A DNA stretch of 64,000 nt from Mycobacteriales bacterium (GCA_038276285.1 JBBPZR010000002.1:87454-151453), one strand, 5' to 3'; positions 28,407 to 38,523 are shown, counted from the first letter of the stretch. Numbers and translations are program-made. Notes: generated from the letters alone by a model not told the origin.

Positions 28407-30217
28407 TGCCAGTCCGACCCGGCCAGGCCGGTGCCCGCCCAGGTGCGCCCGGTCCACCCGAAGCCCGACCACGAGCTGCTCGACCAGTTGGTGTCGGCCC
28501 AGGTGCGACCGTCCCAGTAGCCGGTGGCCCAGGTCCGGCCGGTCCACGGGCCGCCGGCCCAGGTACGGCCGGTCCACGGCGCGGTTGGCACGCTGTACCC
28601 GCTCCAGCCCGCGCCGGTCCAGACCGAGCCGTTCCAGGTGCCGCCGCTCCAGCTGGTCCGGCTGAGCTCCAGCGCGGCCATCGACGACGAGTTGAAGGCG
28701 TGGCCGAACAGATCCTGCTCGCCGGTGAGGCTGATCCCGTCCAGGATGAGGTGGTTGGTGCCACGGGACTGCTCGATCGAGCCGGTGCCGACTGCTGGCG
28801 TGGCCAGTTGCAAGCCGATCGGGACTAGCCCGAGCAGGGATGAGGTGCCGAGGTTGATCAGGCCGCTGCCCTGCGCCCGCGGGTCAGCGATCAGCAGGTG
28901 CAGCACCAGGGACTTGACGACGTACTTCGCCTGGTCGGGGGTCAGCCATGGCCGTTGTTGCAGCAGCAGCGCCACCGCCCCCGAGACGATGGCCGTTGCC
29001 TGCGAGGTGCCGCTGCCCCGGAAGAAGCGATCGTTGATCTGTCCGGTGCCGCCGTAGGTCTGGTCAATGTAGGAGGCCGGCACCCGCAGGCTCTGCACAT
29101 GCACACCCGGCGCGACGACGTCCGGGCTGCGCAGCAGGGTGCCACGGCTGGAGAAGCTAGGGATCGTGTCGTCGAGGGTGAGCGACGTGCCGTGGGTGTC
29201 GTCGGCACCGACGGCGAGCACGAACGGGTCCAGCGCCGGGTCGGCCAGCCGCCCGTCGGCGAAACCGCTGTTTCCGGCCGCCGCGACGACGACGATGCCC
29301 TTGCGCCAGGCGACCTCGGCGGCGTAGGCGAGCGGGTCGTAGAGGTAGCCCTGGGGTGAGTTGGTGCCGAACGACAGGTTCAGTACGCGGATGTTGAGGC
29401 CCGGGTCGTGCGCATGCTGCACCGCCCAGTCGATCCCGGCGATGACTTGCGAGACGTCGGTCGCGCCGTGCGCGTCGGCCACCTTGATGCTGACGATCCG
29501 CGCGCCGGGGGCCACGCCGAGGAACGGCGCGCTGTTGTTGATCGATGCGGCCGCATTGACACCGGGGTCGCGGCCCGCGATGAGGCCCGCCATGTGGGTG
29601 CCGTGACCGAAGGTGTCGAGATACCGGGTAGCGCTGTTCTGTGACTCGGGGGTCAGGTCGGGCCCGTTGAGGATCTTTCCCGCGTCGGAGAGCCCGGTGA
29701 CCGGAGCGACCCCGGAGTCGAGCAGGGCGACGTCGATGCCCAGACCGGTATACCCGCTGCCCCACATGGAGGGGACACCGATGAGGCGCTCGAGGTTGTA
29801 CAGCGAGTTCGGGTCGGCCGCCGGGTCGTACGTCACCGGCACAGCGCTGGCCGCCGTGCTCAGCAGCGTCAGACGCGAGTCGGCGGTGACACCGGTGACC
29901 CGGGGGTCGCGGCGCAATGCCGACGCGGCCGCCGCCGGCAACCGGCACACGACGGCATTGATCAGACGTAGGTGCCCGGTCGTCCGGCCACCCAGCCGGG
30001 TGAGCCGGGCCGCGACCGCGGGCATCTCGCCCGGCGCCGCCCGCACGATGTAGCTGCGCTGCGTCGTCGGCCCGGCCACCACGCGGTCAGCCCGCGCGCC
30101 GGCGGCCGCGGGTGTCGAGCCGATGGCCAGGCTGAGCAGGGCCGCCGCAACAGCTAAGGTCCCCGCGAGGAGCCGAGGCCCGGGTCGTGGCCCGGTAGCC
30201 CTGGTCAAGCGCGACAC
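28403..30217 (-). CDS. Secreted S8 (subtilisin-like) serine peptidase with a Trp-rich C-terminal repeat region
   Basis: The catalytic motifs are VALLDSGV, HGTHMAGLIAG and GSGTSQATAIVSG. The signal-like segment is LLAGTLAVAAALLSLAIGSTPAAAGA. The likely GTG start is near 30217, so the upstream part of the track ORF is doubtful. The last roughly 90 aa are WxG/TGRTWA repeats. Confidence 0.88.
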   Translation of the reverse strand: MSRLTRATGPRPGPRLLAGTLAVAAALLSLAIGSTPAAAGARADRVVAGPTTQRSYIVRAAPGEMPAVAARLTRLGGRTTGHLRLINAVVCRLPAAAASALRRDPRVTGVTADSRLTLLSTAASAVPVTYDPAADPNSLYNLERLIGVPSMWGSGYTGLGIDVALLDSGVAPVTGLSDAGKILNGPDLTPESQNSATRYLDTFGHGTHMAGLIAGRDPGVNAAASINNSAPFLGVAPGARIVSIKVADAHGATDVSQVIAGIDWAVQHAHDPGLNIRVLNLSFGTNSPQGYLYDPLAYAAEVAWRKGIVVVAAAGNSGFADGRLADPALDPFVLAVGADDTHGTSLTLDDTIPSFSSRGTLLRSPDVVAPGVHVQSLRVPASYIDQTYGGTGQINDRFFRGSGTSQATAIVSGAVALLLQQRPWLTPDQAKYVVKSLVLHLLIADPRAQGSGLINLGTSSLLGLVPIGLQLATPAVGTGSIEQSRGTNHLILDGISLTGEQDLFGHAFNSSSMAALELSRTSWSGGTWNGSVWTGAGWSGYSVPTAPWTGRTWAGGPWTGRTWATGYWDGRTWADTNWSSSSWSGFGWTGRTWAGTGLAGSDWQ

Positions 30218-30472
30218 GCCAGCATGATCCAGGTCCGTCCGTGCTGGGTGCCAGCCGAAATGCTCACCAAGCGCTCCGGTCGAGGTTGCGGCTGATGATT
30301 TCCTCCCGACCCGAACGGCACCCGAGACCCCTTCGAGGCGACGGTATGACCTACCTTGCGGCACAGAGAGTGTGGACCGCTCGGGCTCTGAGGTGGCGGA
30401 AACCCCGAAAAATGAGCCGTTCCACCTAGGGCTGTTGGACGTTGACCCCGTGATGTAGTCCTTATGGGCTAG

Positions 30473-31297
30473 TCAAGCTGGGCCGAAGACCCGCTCGGCG
30501 GTCGCCGTCACCGCTCGGCACAGGTCGTCGACCGCGACCTCTTTGAGCGCGGCCAGATACCGCAGCGTGATTGGCACCAGGTGGGGGGCGTTGGGCCGCC
30601 CCCGGTAGGGCATCGGCGTCAGGAACGGCGCATCGGTCTCCACGAGCAGGAGCTCGATCGGCGCCACCTGCGCCGCCTCCTGCAGCGCGGTCGCGTTCTT
30701 GAAGGTCACGTTGCCCGCGAAGCTCACGACATAGCCGTGCTCGGCACAGGCGCGCGCCATGCCGGCGTCACCGGAGAAGCAGTGGAAGACCACGTGCTCC
30801 GGTGCGCCCTCCTCGGCCAGGATCCGGAGCACGTCGTCGTGCGCCTCCCGGTCGTGGATCATCAACGCGCGGCCGGTGCGCTTGGCGATGTCGATGTGCG
30901 CGCGGAACGACGCCTGCTGCGCGGGCTGGTCGTCGGGCCCGGTGCGGTAGTAGTCCAGACCGGTCTCCCCCACCGCTCGCACCTGGGGCAGTTGGGCCAG
31001 CCGCTCGATCTCGGCAAGCGCCGCCTCGTCGGCGTGATGAGGCGCTTCGTTGGGATGGATGGCCACACCGGCCTGGATTTCGTCGTACTCCGCGGCGACG
31101 TCGGCACACCATCGCGACGTGGCGACGTCGACGCCGATGGTGAGCATGCGCGTGATGCCCACGGCGCGGGCCTGCGCGATGGCCTCCTCGATCGGAGTGT
31201 CCATCAGGTCGAGATGGCAGTGCGAGTCGAGGGCGGGTACGGCGAGTGGCTCGGGAAGCGGCGGCGGGCGTGGTGGGCGTGGTGGCTCGCGGCTCAT
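30473..31297 (-). CDS. tatD: TatD family metal-dependent hydrolase
   Basis: 274 aa with the DSHCHLD metal-binding motif, and positioned downstream of metG as expected. Confidence 0.9.
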   Translation of the reverse strand: MSREPPRPPRPPPLPEPLAVPALDSHCHLDLMDTPIEEAIAQARAVGITRMLTIGVDVATSRWCADVAAEYDEIQAGVAIHPNEAPHHADEAALAEIERLAQLPQVRAVGETGLDYYRTGPDDQPAQQASFRAHIDIAKRTGRALMIHDREAHDDVLRILAEEGAPEHVVFHCFSGDAGMARACAEHGYVVSFAGNVTFKNATALQEAAQVAPIELLLVETDAPFLTPMPYRGRPNAPHLVPITLRYLAALKEVAVDDLCRAVTATAERVFGPA

Positions 31298-31343
31298 GCT
31301 GTCACGCGAGCCCGGACGCTCACCGCACGCCCCCCATCGCGGT

Positions 31344-31409
31344 GATCAAGGACTTCACGGCTGACAAAACGGACTTTTCGGGGCCGAAATCGACGTGAAG
31401 TCCTTGATC
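31344..31409. repeat. Inverted-repeat element, copy B (16-bp perfect arms, 34-nt spacer)
   Basis: The arms are GATCAAGGACTTCACG (31344-31359) and CGTGAAGTCCTTGATC (31394-31409). The core GATCAAGGAsTT...AAsTCCTTGATCGTCG and spacer blocks (GACAAAACGG, GAAATCGACG) are shared with copy A. Confidence 0.8.
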
Positions 31410-31503
31410 GTCGCGGAAGGGGTCGCGGAAGGGGTCGCGGAAGGGGTCGCGGAAGGGGTCGCGGAAGGGGTCGCGGAAGGGGTCGCGGAAGGGTCGCGGA
31501 AGG
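31410..31503. repeat. 12-bp tandem array (about 8 units of GTCGCGGAAGGG)
   Basis: The array lies directly in the metG-tatD intergenic region. It starts at the right flank of IR copy B and ends 6 nt from the metG stop codon. One unit has a 1-nt deletion. Confidence 0.9.
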
Positions 31504-31509
31504 CGCGGG

Positions 31510-33312
31510 TCACGCAGACCCCTCCAGGCGGGCCAACTCTTCGTCGACGATCGAGGGATCGAGCTTGGTGAACACCGGCGTGGGTGCCGCCAACGGTGTA
31601 CCGGCCTTGATCGGCACGGACTCCCAGCGGGCGCCCGTGTCGTACTCCCCGGTGAGTACGGAGTACCCCGGCGAGCCGACCGCCGTCTCCTCGGGCACCT
31701 CGACGAGCTCCGGCAACGCCGCCCAGATGCCAGCGCCGCCCAGCGCCTCGTGCACCTGCTGCGCGGAGTGCGGCAGGAACGGCGTGAGCAGGGTCTTGCA
31801 GTCATCGACGGCCTGCAGGGCCACGTGCAGCACGGTGTTCATCCGGGCCGGGTCGTCGTTCTTGAGCTTCCACGGCGCCTGGTCGGAGAGGTACTTGTTG
31901 GCCTCGGCGACCGTCTTCATGGCCTCGGCGATCCCCGCCTTCTGCCGCGATCGGCCCAACAGCTCTCCGACGGTGCCAAAGGCGGCCTGGGTGGTGGCGA
32001 GGAGTTCGTGGTCGGCCGGCGCGAGCTCCCCGGGATCGGGGATCGCGCCGACGTTCTTGGCGGCCATCGACACGGTCCGGTTGACCAGGTTGCCCCAGCC
32101 GGCGACCAACTCGTCGTTGTTGCGGCGGAGGAACTCCTCCCAGGTGAAGTTGACGTCCGAGGTCTCCGGCCCCGCCGCCGCCAGGTAGTAGCGCAGCGCG
32201 TCGGGGTCGTACCGGCTCAGGAAGTCCCGGACCAGCACGCCGATGCCCCGGGACGAGGAGAACTTGCGCGCCTCGACGGTGAGGTACTCGCTCGACACCA
32301 CCTCGTTGGGCAACTGGAGAGCCCCGAGCGAGCCGGCCCGCCCGCCGCGATCGCCGCCGCCGGAGTAGCCGAGCAGCAGCGCCGGCCAGATCTCGGCGTG
32401 GAAGACGATGTTGTCCTTGCCCATGAAGTAGTAGGACTCGCAGTCCTCGCCCTGCCACCACGCGCGCCAGGCCTCCGGGTCGCCGCTGCGCCGGGCCCAC
32501 TCCACCGACGCCGAGAGGTAGCCGATCACCGCGTCGAACCACACGTAGAGCCGTTTGTCGGACCGGTCCCGCCAGCCGTCGAGCGGCACCGGCACGCCCC
32601 AGTCGAGGTCGCGGGTGATCGCCCGAGGCTTGAGGTCGCCGAGCAGGTTCATCGAGAACCGCAGGACGTTGGGCCGCCAGTTCTGCCGGGTCTGCAGCCA
32701 GGCGCCCAGCGTCTCGGTGAAGGCCGGCAGGTCGAGGAAGTAGTGCTCGGTCTCGATGAACTTGGGGGCCTCGCCGTTGATCCGCGACCGCGGCTTGATC
32801 AGGTCGGTGGGATCGAGTTGGTTGCCGCAGTTGTCGCACTGATCACCACGGGCGCCGTCGTAGCCGCAGATCGGGCAGGTGCCCTCGATGTAGCGGTCGG
32901 GCAGCGTACGCCCGGTCGACGGCGAGATCGCGCCCATGGTGGTCTTGGGGAAGACGTACCCGTTGCCCAGCAGGCCCAGGAAGAGGTCCTGCACGACGGC
33001 GTAGTGGTTGCCGGTGGTCGTGCGGGTGAAGAGGTCGTAGGACAGGCCCAGCGCGCGCAGGTCTTCGGCGATCACCCGGTTGTAGCGGTCGGCGAGCTCC
33101 CGGGGGCTGGCGCCTTCCTGGTCGGCGGCGACCAGGATCGGGGTGCCGTGCTCGTCGGTACCGCTGACCATGAGTACGCGGTTGCCGGCCAGCCGCTGGT
33201 AGCGGCTGAAGACATCTGACGGCACGCCGAACCCCGCGACGTGGCCAATGTGCCGCGGGCCGCTGGCATAGGGCCAGGCGACGGCGGTGAGCACGTGTCG
33301 AGGGGCGGGCAT
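31510..33312 (-). CDS. metG: Methionine--tRNA ligase
   Basis: I trimmed the start to the ATG at 33312 ([27 protein letters not shown], the HIGH motif). It also has the zinc knuckle [18 protein letters not shown] and a KFSSS (KMSKS-type) motif. The upstream 116 codons of the track ORF are non-coding. Confidence 0.95.
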   Translation of the reverse strand: MPAPRHVLTAVAWPYASGPRHIGHVAGFGVPSDVFSRYQRLAGNRVLMVSGTDEHGTPILVAADQEGASPRELADRYNRVIAEDLRALGLSYDLFTRTTTGNHYAVVQDLFLGLLGNGYVFPKTTMGAISPSTGRTLPDRYIEGTCPICGYDGARGDQCDNCGNQLDPTDLIKPRSRINGEAPKFIETEHYFLDLPAFTETLGAWLQTRQNWRPNVLRFSMNLLGDLKPRAITRDLDWGVPVPLDGWRDRSDKRLYVWFDAVIGYLSASVEWARRSGDPEAWRAWWQGEDCESYYFMGKDNIVFHAEIWPALLLGYSGGGDRGGRAGSLGALQLPNEVVSSEYLTVEARKFSSSRGIGVLVRDFLSRYDPDALRYYLAAAGPETSDVNFTWEEFLRRNNDELVAGWGNLVNRTVSMAAKNVGAIPDPGELAPADHELLATTQAAFGTVGELLGRSRQKAGIAEAMKTVAEANKYLSDQAPWKLKNDDPARMNTVLHVALQAVDDCKTLLTPFLPHSAQQVHEALGGAGIWAALPELVEVPEETAVGSPGYSVLTGEYDTGARWESVPIKAGTPLAAPTPVFTKLDPSIVDEELARLEGSA

Positions 33313-33625
33313 GCCGCCAAGCCTAGTGATCGGGACCCGCCGGATTTTCAGTCCGCAGCCACCCGTGGCCGTCGCGCGGTTCGCTTCCGCTCCCCGCCGC
33401 GATCCATGCGGATCAGTCCCGCCCCGGTCGATGGGTGTGGGCCATCCCCTCACGGCGCGTGTCGATTTGTTCCGTACGGGGAGCAAAGTCGGCATAGTCA
33501 TGTCACGGTCCACGCCCCTGCAGTCCGCGTCCACCGGCCTCGATCGACGTCGCTCCGGCCACGCAGCAAGGCGACATCCGCCGAGGGGGGATCCGCAGGG
33601 CGGCCGGCAACTCCGCAATCGAGCC

Positions 33626-34801
33626 CTAGCCGCGCCAGTCGAGGCACACCGCGGTGGCATCGTCGGCGAGCTGACCCGCGCGGTGGTCGATGACCGCGTC
33701 AGTCAGCAGCCGGACTACCTCGTTCGGGGGCTGCGTCGCGGTCTCCAGCAGGCGCCGGGCCAGTTGGCGATCGCCGAACGCCTCACCCCCGACCGGGCAC
33801 GCCTCCGTCACGCCGTCGCTGAAGAGCAGCAGCCGGTCGCCGGACCGCAACCGCAACGCGGCCGGCCGGTAGGCCGTGCCGGCGAACATGCCCATCGGCG
33901 GGTCGGGGTCGACCGGGATCAGCCGGACCTCACCGTCGCGCACCAGCATCGGCAGCGGATGTCCGGCGTTGATCACCACTCCCGCGCCACTGGCAATGTC
34001 GATTCGCAGGACCACGCCCGTGACATATTGCTCACCACCGAACTGCTCGTTGAGCCGCTGGGATGCGCCATCGACCTGCTGCTCGACGCCGTCGCCGCGG
34101 CGCCGCCGGTTGCGCATCGCGGTCACCGCGAGGCTGCCGAGCATGGCCGCGCGCAGGCCGTGCCCCATGGCGTCGGTGACCGTCACGGTGAGGGTTTCGG
34201 CGGCGACCGCGTAGTCGAAGGTGTCGCCGCCAATCTCGTACGCCGGTTCGAGCCTGCCGGCGATGGAGAACGACGGCGCGTCGTAGGCCAGGATCGGCAG
34301 CAGCTCCCACTGGATCTCGGCCGCCAGATCCAGGTCGCGGCGGCGCCGGATGCGCTCGAACCGGTCGGTGTAGCGCCGGGCCGCCACCAGCGCGTATCCG
34401 AGGAAGCGCGCGATGTCGGCCAGTGCCAGGCGCAGCGCCGGATCGTCGCCCGGCAGGTCGACCTCGAGCACACCGAGGCGTTCCGCCCGCATGGTCACCG
34501 GGAAGTAGCCGACGAACCCCGCTCCCACCGGGACGACGGTGGCCTCCTGCGCGAGATACGCCGCACCGGCGACGCTGCCTTCAAGCCGCTGCTCGCCGGT
34601 GGTCGAGGACTCGCCGGCACCCGGCACCGGCTCCAGGGTGCGTTCCTCGTAGTCGGACAGCAGAAGCGTGCAGGCATGGGCGCCGGCGACCTGGCGCAGG
34701 TGGCGAAGCAGGATCTCGGCGAAGTCATAAGGCGGTGCGTCGTCGAGCGCCCGAGCGAGGTCACCCAGGTAGGACCGGACGCCTTCGCGATACGGCTTCA
34801 C
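33626..34801 (-). CDS. GAF domain-containing PP2C/SpoIIE family serine phosphatase
   Basis: 391 aa with an N-terminal GAF-like region. The SpoIIE-type C-terminus reads GGDTFDYAV...VTDAMGHG...[10 protein letters not shown]. Confidence 0.85.
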   Translation of the reverse strand: MKPYREGVRSYLGDLARALDDAPPYDFAEILLRHLRQVAGAHACTLLLSDYEERTLEPVPGAGESSTTGEQRLEGSVAGAAYLAQEATVVPVGAGFVGYFPVTMRAERLGVLEVDLPGDDPALRLALADIARFLGYALVAARRYTDRFERIRRRRDLDLAAEIQWELLPILAYDAPSFSIAGRLEPAYEIGGDTFDYAVAAETLTVTVTDAMGHGLRAAMLGSLAVTAMRNRRRRGDGVEQQVDGASQRLNEQFGGEQYVTGVVLRIDIASGAGVVINAGHPLPMLVRDGEVRLIPVDPDPPMGMFAGTAYRPAALRLRSGDRLLLFSDGVTEACPVGGEAFGDRQLARRLLETATQPPNEVVRLLTDAVIDHRAGQLADDATAVCLDWRG

Positions 34802-34811
34802 CGGGCCGACC

Positions 34812-35660
34812 CTAACCCGGGCGATTGGCCAGCACGGCGTCGTAGACGACCCGCTTGGCCACGCCGGCGTCGCGGGCCACGTCGGCGATCGCCTCCTTGC
34901 GCGGCTCGCCGGTGGCCTCCCGCCGGGTCACCTCGGCGGCCAGCTGATCCGGCGCGCTGTCCACGGTTGTCCGCGCGGCCCCTGACAGCACGATCGTCAC
35001 CTCGCCGCGGACCCCGTGCGTCGCCCAGACCGCCAGCTCGCCGAGCGGGCCACGCCGTACCTCTTCGTGCGTCTTGGTCAGCTCACGGCAGACGGCGGCG
35101 AGCCGCTCGCCTCCGAAGACGATGGCCAGGTCCGCCAGGGATTCGGCCAGCCGGTGCGGCGCCTCGAAGAACACCATCGTGCGGCGCTCGCCGATCAGCG
35201 CCTGGTACGCGGTCCGCCGGGCCGCCGACCGCCGCGGCGGGAAGCCCTCGAAGCAGAACCGGTCGCACGGCAGGCCCGACAGGGCCAGCGCGGTGGTCAC
35301 GGCGCTCGGGCCGGGAATCGCCGTCACCGGCACGCCGGCCGCGGCCGCCGCCACCACGAGGCGGTAGCCCGGGTCGGACACCGTCGGCATGCCGGCGTCG
35401 GTCACCAGCAGCACGTCGTCACCGGCCAGCAATGCGTAGAGCAGCTCGGGCGTACGGGCCGTCTCGTTGGCGTCGAAGTACGACACCACCCGGCCGGTGA
35501 CGGTGACGCCGAGGTCGCGGGCGAGCCGCTTGAGGCGCCGGGTGTCCTCGGCCGCGACGACGCTGCTGGTCGCCAGGGCCGCGCGGAGCCGCTCGGAGGC
35601 GTCGCCCGGCCGCCCGATGGGCACCCCGGCCAGCGTCAAGGTGCCCGGCTCGGCCTTCAT
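34812..35660 (-). CDS. rsmI: 16S rRNA (cytidine1402-2'-O)-methyltransferase
   Basis: 282 aa with a tetrapyrrole-methylase-like fold (VAAEDTRRLKRLARDLG, TDAGMPTVSDPG). Confidence 0.9.
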   Translation of the reverse strand: MKAEPGTLTLAGVPIGRPGDASERLRAALATSSVVAAEDTRRLKRLARDLGVTVTGRVVSYFDANETARTPELLYALLAGDDVLLVTDAGMPTVSDPGYRLVVAAAAAGVPVTAIPGPSAVTTALALSGLPCDRFCFEGFPPRRSAARRTAYQALIGERRTMVFFEAPHRLAESLADLAIVFGGERLAAVCRELTKTHEEVRRGPLGELAVWATHGVRGEVTIVLSGAARTTVDSAPDQLAAEVTRREATGEPRKEAIADVARDAGVAKRVVYDAVLANRPG

Positions 35661-35959
35661 CGCGCCGTGGCCCGGACCTCCCGGGTCACGCTGCGTTCCA
35701 CGATGAAGGCCAGGAACGGCACCGTGCCCGCGAGCAGCACGAGCGCCGTACGCGGGAGGGCCCAGCGCCGCCGCAGGGCCAGGTCGAGCCCGGCCAGCAG
35801 GTAGACGATGTAGAGGAAGCCGTGCGCCGGCCCAACGACCTGCACCACTCCGGGCCGGTGGGCGAAGTACTTCAGCGGCATGCCGACCAGCACCAGGATC
35901 AGCAGTCCCACGCCGACGACATAGGCCATCACGCGGTAGCGCGTGAGCGCGGCATTCAC
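35657..35959 (-). CDS. DUF3817-like small integral membrane protein
   Basis: I trimmed the start to the GTG at 35959 (VNAALTRYRVMAYVVGVGLLILV...), which overlaps the upstream stop as GTGA. It is 100 aa with three helices. Confidence 0.7.
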   Translation of the reverse strand: MNAALTRYRVMAYVVGVGLLILVLVGMPLKYFAHRPGVVQVVGPAHGFLYIVYLLAGLDLALRRRWALPRTALVLLAGTVPFLAFIVERSVTREVRATAR

Positions 35960-36312
35960 CGGGTGGGCCGCTGATCCTGCTCGTGCAGCCAGGCCAGATA
36001 GCGGTTGTAGGTGTCCAGCTCCTCGTCGGGCTCTTCCTCGGCAGGGTGCTGGTCGACCCACGGCCGGCCGGTCACCGGCGCCTCGGCGGGTCGCTGGGAC
36101 TCCGGGTGCCGCTCCATGTGCAGGGTCCGCCCCCACCAGAAGATGGCGAAGGCCGCGAACAGCGGCCACTCGAAGGCGTAACCGAAGCTGCGCCCGTTGC
36201 CGGCGTCGGCCCGGCTCCACTGCCACCGGCCGAGGGCCAGGAAGGCGCCGATGGCAAGCAGCAGCAGGACATGGCGCAGCAGCCACCGCCGGGACAGCAA
36301 GAGCCGGAGCAC
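35956..36312 (-). CDS. Hypothetical membrane protein
   Basis: The likely GTG start gives VLRLLLSRRWLLRHVLLLLAIGAFLALGRWQW. It has two TM helices followed by an acidic tail. The start is uncertain. Confidence 0.6.
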   Translation of the reverse strand: MLRLLLSRRWLLRHVLLLLAIGAFLALGRWQWSRADAGNGRSFGYAFEWPLFAAFAIFWWGRTLHMERHPESQRPAEAPVTGRPWVDQHPAEEEPDEELDTYNRYLAWLHEQDQRPTR

Positions 36313-36368
36313 GCCCTTGAGGTTACCGTCGCGAGGCAACGGGCGAGCCCCCCGCCTACGATCACCGG

Positions 36369-37817
36369 GTGGCTGCCACGTCGCTCGCAAAGCCGGTCGG
36401 CGGTGGTGTGGTTGCCGCACCGACGAGCCCGGGTGCGCTGAGCGTTCCGATGCCGGCCGATCGGCTCAGCTCGTGGCTGTGGGCGCTCGCGGTCACCGCA
36501 GTTGCCGGGGGGCTGCGATTCAGCGGCCTGGGATCACCCGGCGAGAAGATCTTCGACGAGATCTATTACGCCAAGGACGCCCGCAGCTTGCTGAAGCACG
36601 GCGTCGAGCTCAACAGCGACGGCACCGGCCCCGGATTCGTCGTACATCCGCCACTGGGCAAGTGGTTGATCGCCATCGGTGAGCACGTGTACGGCTACAA
36701 CGCCTTGGGCTGGCGGGTTGCGGCCGCCGTGGCAGGCACGTTGTCGGTGCTGGTCCTGGTGCGGGTGGCCCGGCGGATGACCCGCTCGACGCTGCTCGGC
36801 TGCGTCGCCGGGCTGCTCATCTCACTTGACGGCCTGCACTTCGTACAGAGCCGGGTCGCGATGCTGGACATCTTCCTGATGTTATGGATCCTGCTGGCCT
36901 TCGCCTGCCTGGTCGCCGACCGCGACGCGCTCCGCGGGCGCTTGGCGGGGGGTCTGTCGGCCGGTCTGCGGCCCTGGCGGCTGGCCGCCGTCCTGTGCCT
37001 CGGGCTGGCCCTGGCGACGAAGTGGAGCGCGATCTGGTACGTCGTCGGGTTCGCCGTGCTGGCCTTCGCGTGGGACTGCGGCGCTCACCGTTCGGCGGGC
37101 GCGGACCACCCGGTGCTCAAGGCGTTCACCGACGGCCTCGCTTGGGCCGTGCCATACGCGACGATCCTGGTCGCCGTCTACACGGCCTCGTGGACCGGAT
37201 GGTTCCTCACCCAGAACGGCTACGACCGGCACTACGGCGGCAGTGCTCTGGCCGGGCTGATCAAGTACCACCGCGAGATATTGCATTTTCACACCGGGCT
37301 GACGACCTACCACCGCTACGCCTCGCAGCCGTGGTCATGGCTGCTGCTCGGCCGGCCCGTGGCCTACTTCTACAGCGCGCCAACCGACTGCGGGGCGCCC
37401 AGCTGCTCGCGCGAGGTCATCGCGCTGGGCAACCCGGCGCTGTGGTGGCCCTTCGCCGGCGCTCTCGTCGGCGTGACCTGGCGTTGGTTGGCCCACCGCG
37501 ACTGGCGGGGCGCCGCGGTGCTGGTCGGAGTGGGCGCCGGCTTCCTGCCCTGGCTGCCGTATCCGCACCGCACCATGTTCCTGTTCTACGCCCTGCCGGC
37601 CCTGCCCTTCCTCGTCCTGGCCACGACGATCTGCCTGGGCATGGTGCTCGGCGGGCCGAGAGCAAGCCCGCAGCGGCGCCTCATCGGCGCGCTGCTCGTC
37701 GCGGGCTACGTGGTGCTCGTCGCGGGGACCTTCGCCTTCTTCCACCCGATCCTGGCCGGCAGCGGCCTCACGTACGAGCAATGGCACAACCGGATGTGGT
37801 TCAACACCTGGATCTAG
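36369..37817 (+). CDS. pmt: Polyprenol-phosphate-mannose--protein mannosyltransferase (PMT family)
   Basis: 482 aa, polytopic, with the PMT N-terminal loop motif EKIFDEIYYAKDA. It is divergent from rsmI, as I recall for mycobacteria. The start is uncertain. Confidence 0.88.
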   Translation: MAATSLAKPVGGGVVAAPTSPGALSVPMPADRLSSWLWALAVTAVAGGLRFSGLGSPGEKIFDEIYYAKDARSLLKHGVELNSDGTGPGFVVHPPLGKWLIAIGEHVYGYNALGWRVAAAVAGTLSVLVLVRVARRMTRSTLLGCVAGLLISLDGLHFVQSRVAMLDIFLMLWILLAFACLVADRDALRGRLAGGLSAGLRPWRLAAVLCLGLALATKWSAIWYVVGFAVLAFAWDCGAHRSAGADHPVLKAFTDGLAWAVPYATILVAVYTASWTGWFLTQNGYDRHYGGSALAGLIKYHREILHFHTGLTTYHRYASQPWSWLLLGRPVAYFYSAPTDCGAPSCSREVIALGNPALWWPFAGALVGVTWRWLAHRDWRGAAVLVGVGAGFLPWLPYPHRTMFLFYALPALPFLVLATTICLGMVLGGPRASPQRRLIGALLVAGYVVLVAGTFAFFHPILAGSGLTYEQWHNRMWFNTWI

Positions 37818-37871
37818 CCCAGATCCAGCCCGGCAGCCGACGTATGGCACCATAGCTGGTACCCTATGTAG

Positions 37872-38093
37872 GTGAACAAAACCACGGTCTACCTGACTGA
37901 CGACCTGAAAGCGCTGCTAGCCCGCATGGCCGCTGCGACGGGCCAGTCGGAGGCGGCCTTGATCCGGCAGGCGATTGCGGGAATGGCCCGCAGCGCAGTA
38001 CGTCCCCGGCCCACGGGCGCCCTCTTCGCCAGCGGGGACGCATCTCTCTCTGAGCACGCCGACGAGGCACTCGCCGGCTTCGGCGACCGCTGA
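37872..38093 (+). CDS. vapB: Ribbon-helix-helix (CopG-like) antitoxin, VapB-type
   Basis: 73 aa (MNKTTVYLTDDLKALLARMAAATGQSEAALIRQAI). It ends 2 nt before the PIN gene. Confidence 0.8.
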   Translation: MNKTTVYLTDDLKALLARMAAATGQSEAALIRQAIAGMARSAVRPRPTGALFASGDASLSEHADEALAGFGDR

Positions 38094-38095
38094 GC

Positions 38096-38512
38096 ATGCT
38101 CATCTGCGACACCAGCGGCCTGATCGCCTACTTCGACGCAAGCGACGCGCATCACCGGCCGGTGAGCGCGGCCATCGACGCCGACCCCGGGCCGTTCATC
38201 GTCTCGCCCTACGTCATGGCCGAGGTCGATTATCTCGCTACCCGCCGCGGCGTACCGGCAGAGCTAGCGGCTCTGAGCCAACTCCACAGTGGCGCCTGGG
38301 AACTTCCCTGCTGCGGCAGCGCCGACATCCGCGGCGCGTCCGACATCATCGACCGCTACGCCGACCACAACATCGGTTTGACCGACGCCTCACTCGTGGT
38401 TCTCGCCGGCCGCTACCGAACGAACCGGCTGTTGACCCTTGACCATCGACACTTCCGCGTCGTCCGCACTATGACTGGCGGGCCGTTCAGGCTCGTACCG
38501 GCACAGCTCTGA
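38096..38512 (+). CDS. vapC: PIN-domain ribonuclease toxin, VapC-type
   Basis: 138 aa with MLICDTSGLIAYFD (the first acidic PIN residue) and later conserved acidic residues (E..D, DASLV). Confidence 0.85.
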   Translation: MLICDTSGLIAYFDASDAHHRPVSAAIDADPGPFIVSPYVMAEVDYLATRRGVPAELAALSQLHSGAWELPCCGSADIRGASDIIDRYADHNIGLTDASLVVLAGRYRTNRLLTLDHRHFRVVRTMTGGPFRLVPAQL

Positions 38513-38523
38513 GCGGGCACAAC

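Noticed and set aside
30218-30472. A possible c-di-GMP or other riboswitch in the 255-nt leader of the S8/GGDEF-EAL operon
   Set aside because: I read the minus-strand leader and found only weak local hairpins. I could not match anything to the GEMM-I/II or ydaO conserved cores by eye. It would need an Infernal/Rfam scan to revisit.
31410-31503. The tandem repeat array considered as a CRISPR array
   Set aside because: The period is only 12 bp with no unique spacers, and no cas genes are nearby. It is a simple tandem repeat.
31320-31805. A minus-strand ORF encoding PFRDPFRDPFRD... repeats
   Set aside because: The repeat peptide is just the translation of the intergenic 12-bp array. The ORF overlaps the 3' end of metG out of frame and has no start context.
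31750-33219. A 489-aa plus-strand ORF
   Set aside because: It is antisense to metG, which has HIGH, KMSKS-type and zinc-knuckle motifs.
33287-35500. A 737-aa plus-strand ORF, the longest unexplained ORF in the track
   Set aside because: It lies antisense across two well-supported genes (the GAF-PP2C phosphatase and rsmI). Its translation is Arg/Pro/Ala-rich low-complexity with no motifs. This is a typical high-GC antisense shadow ORF.
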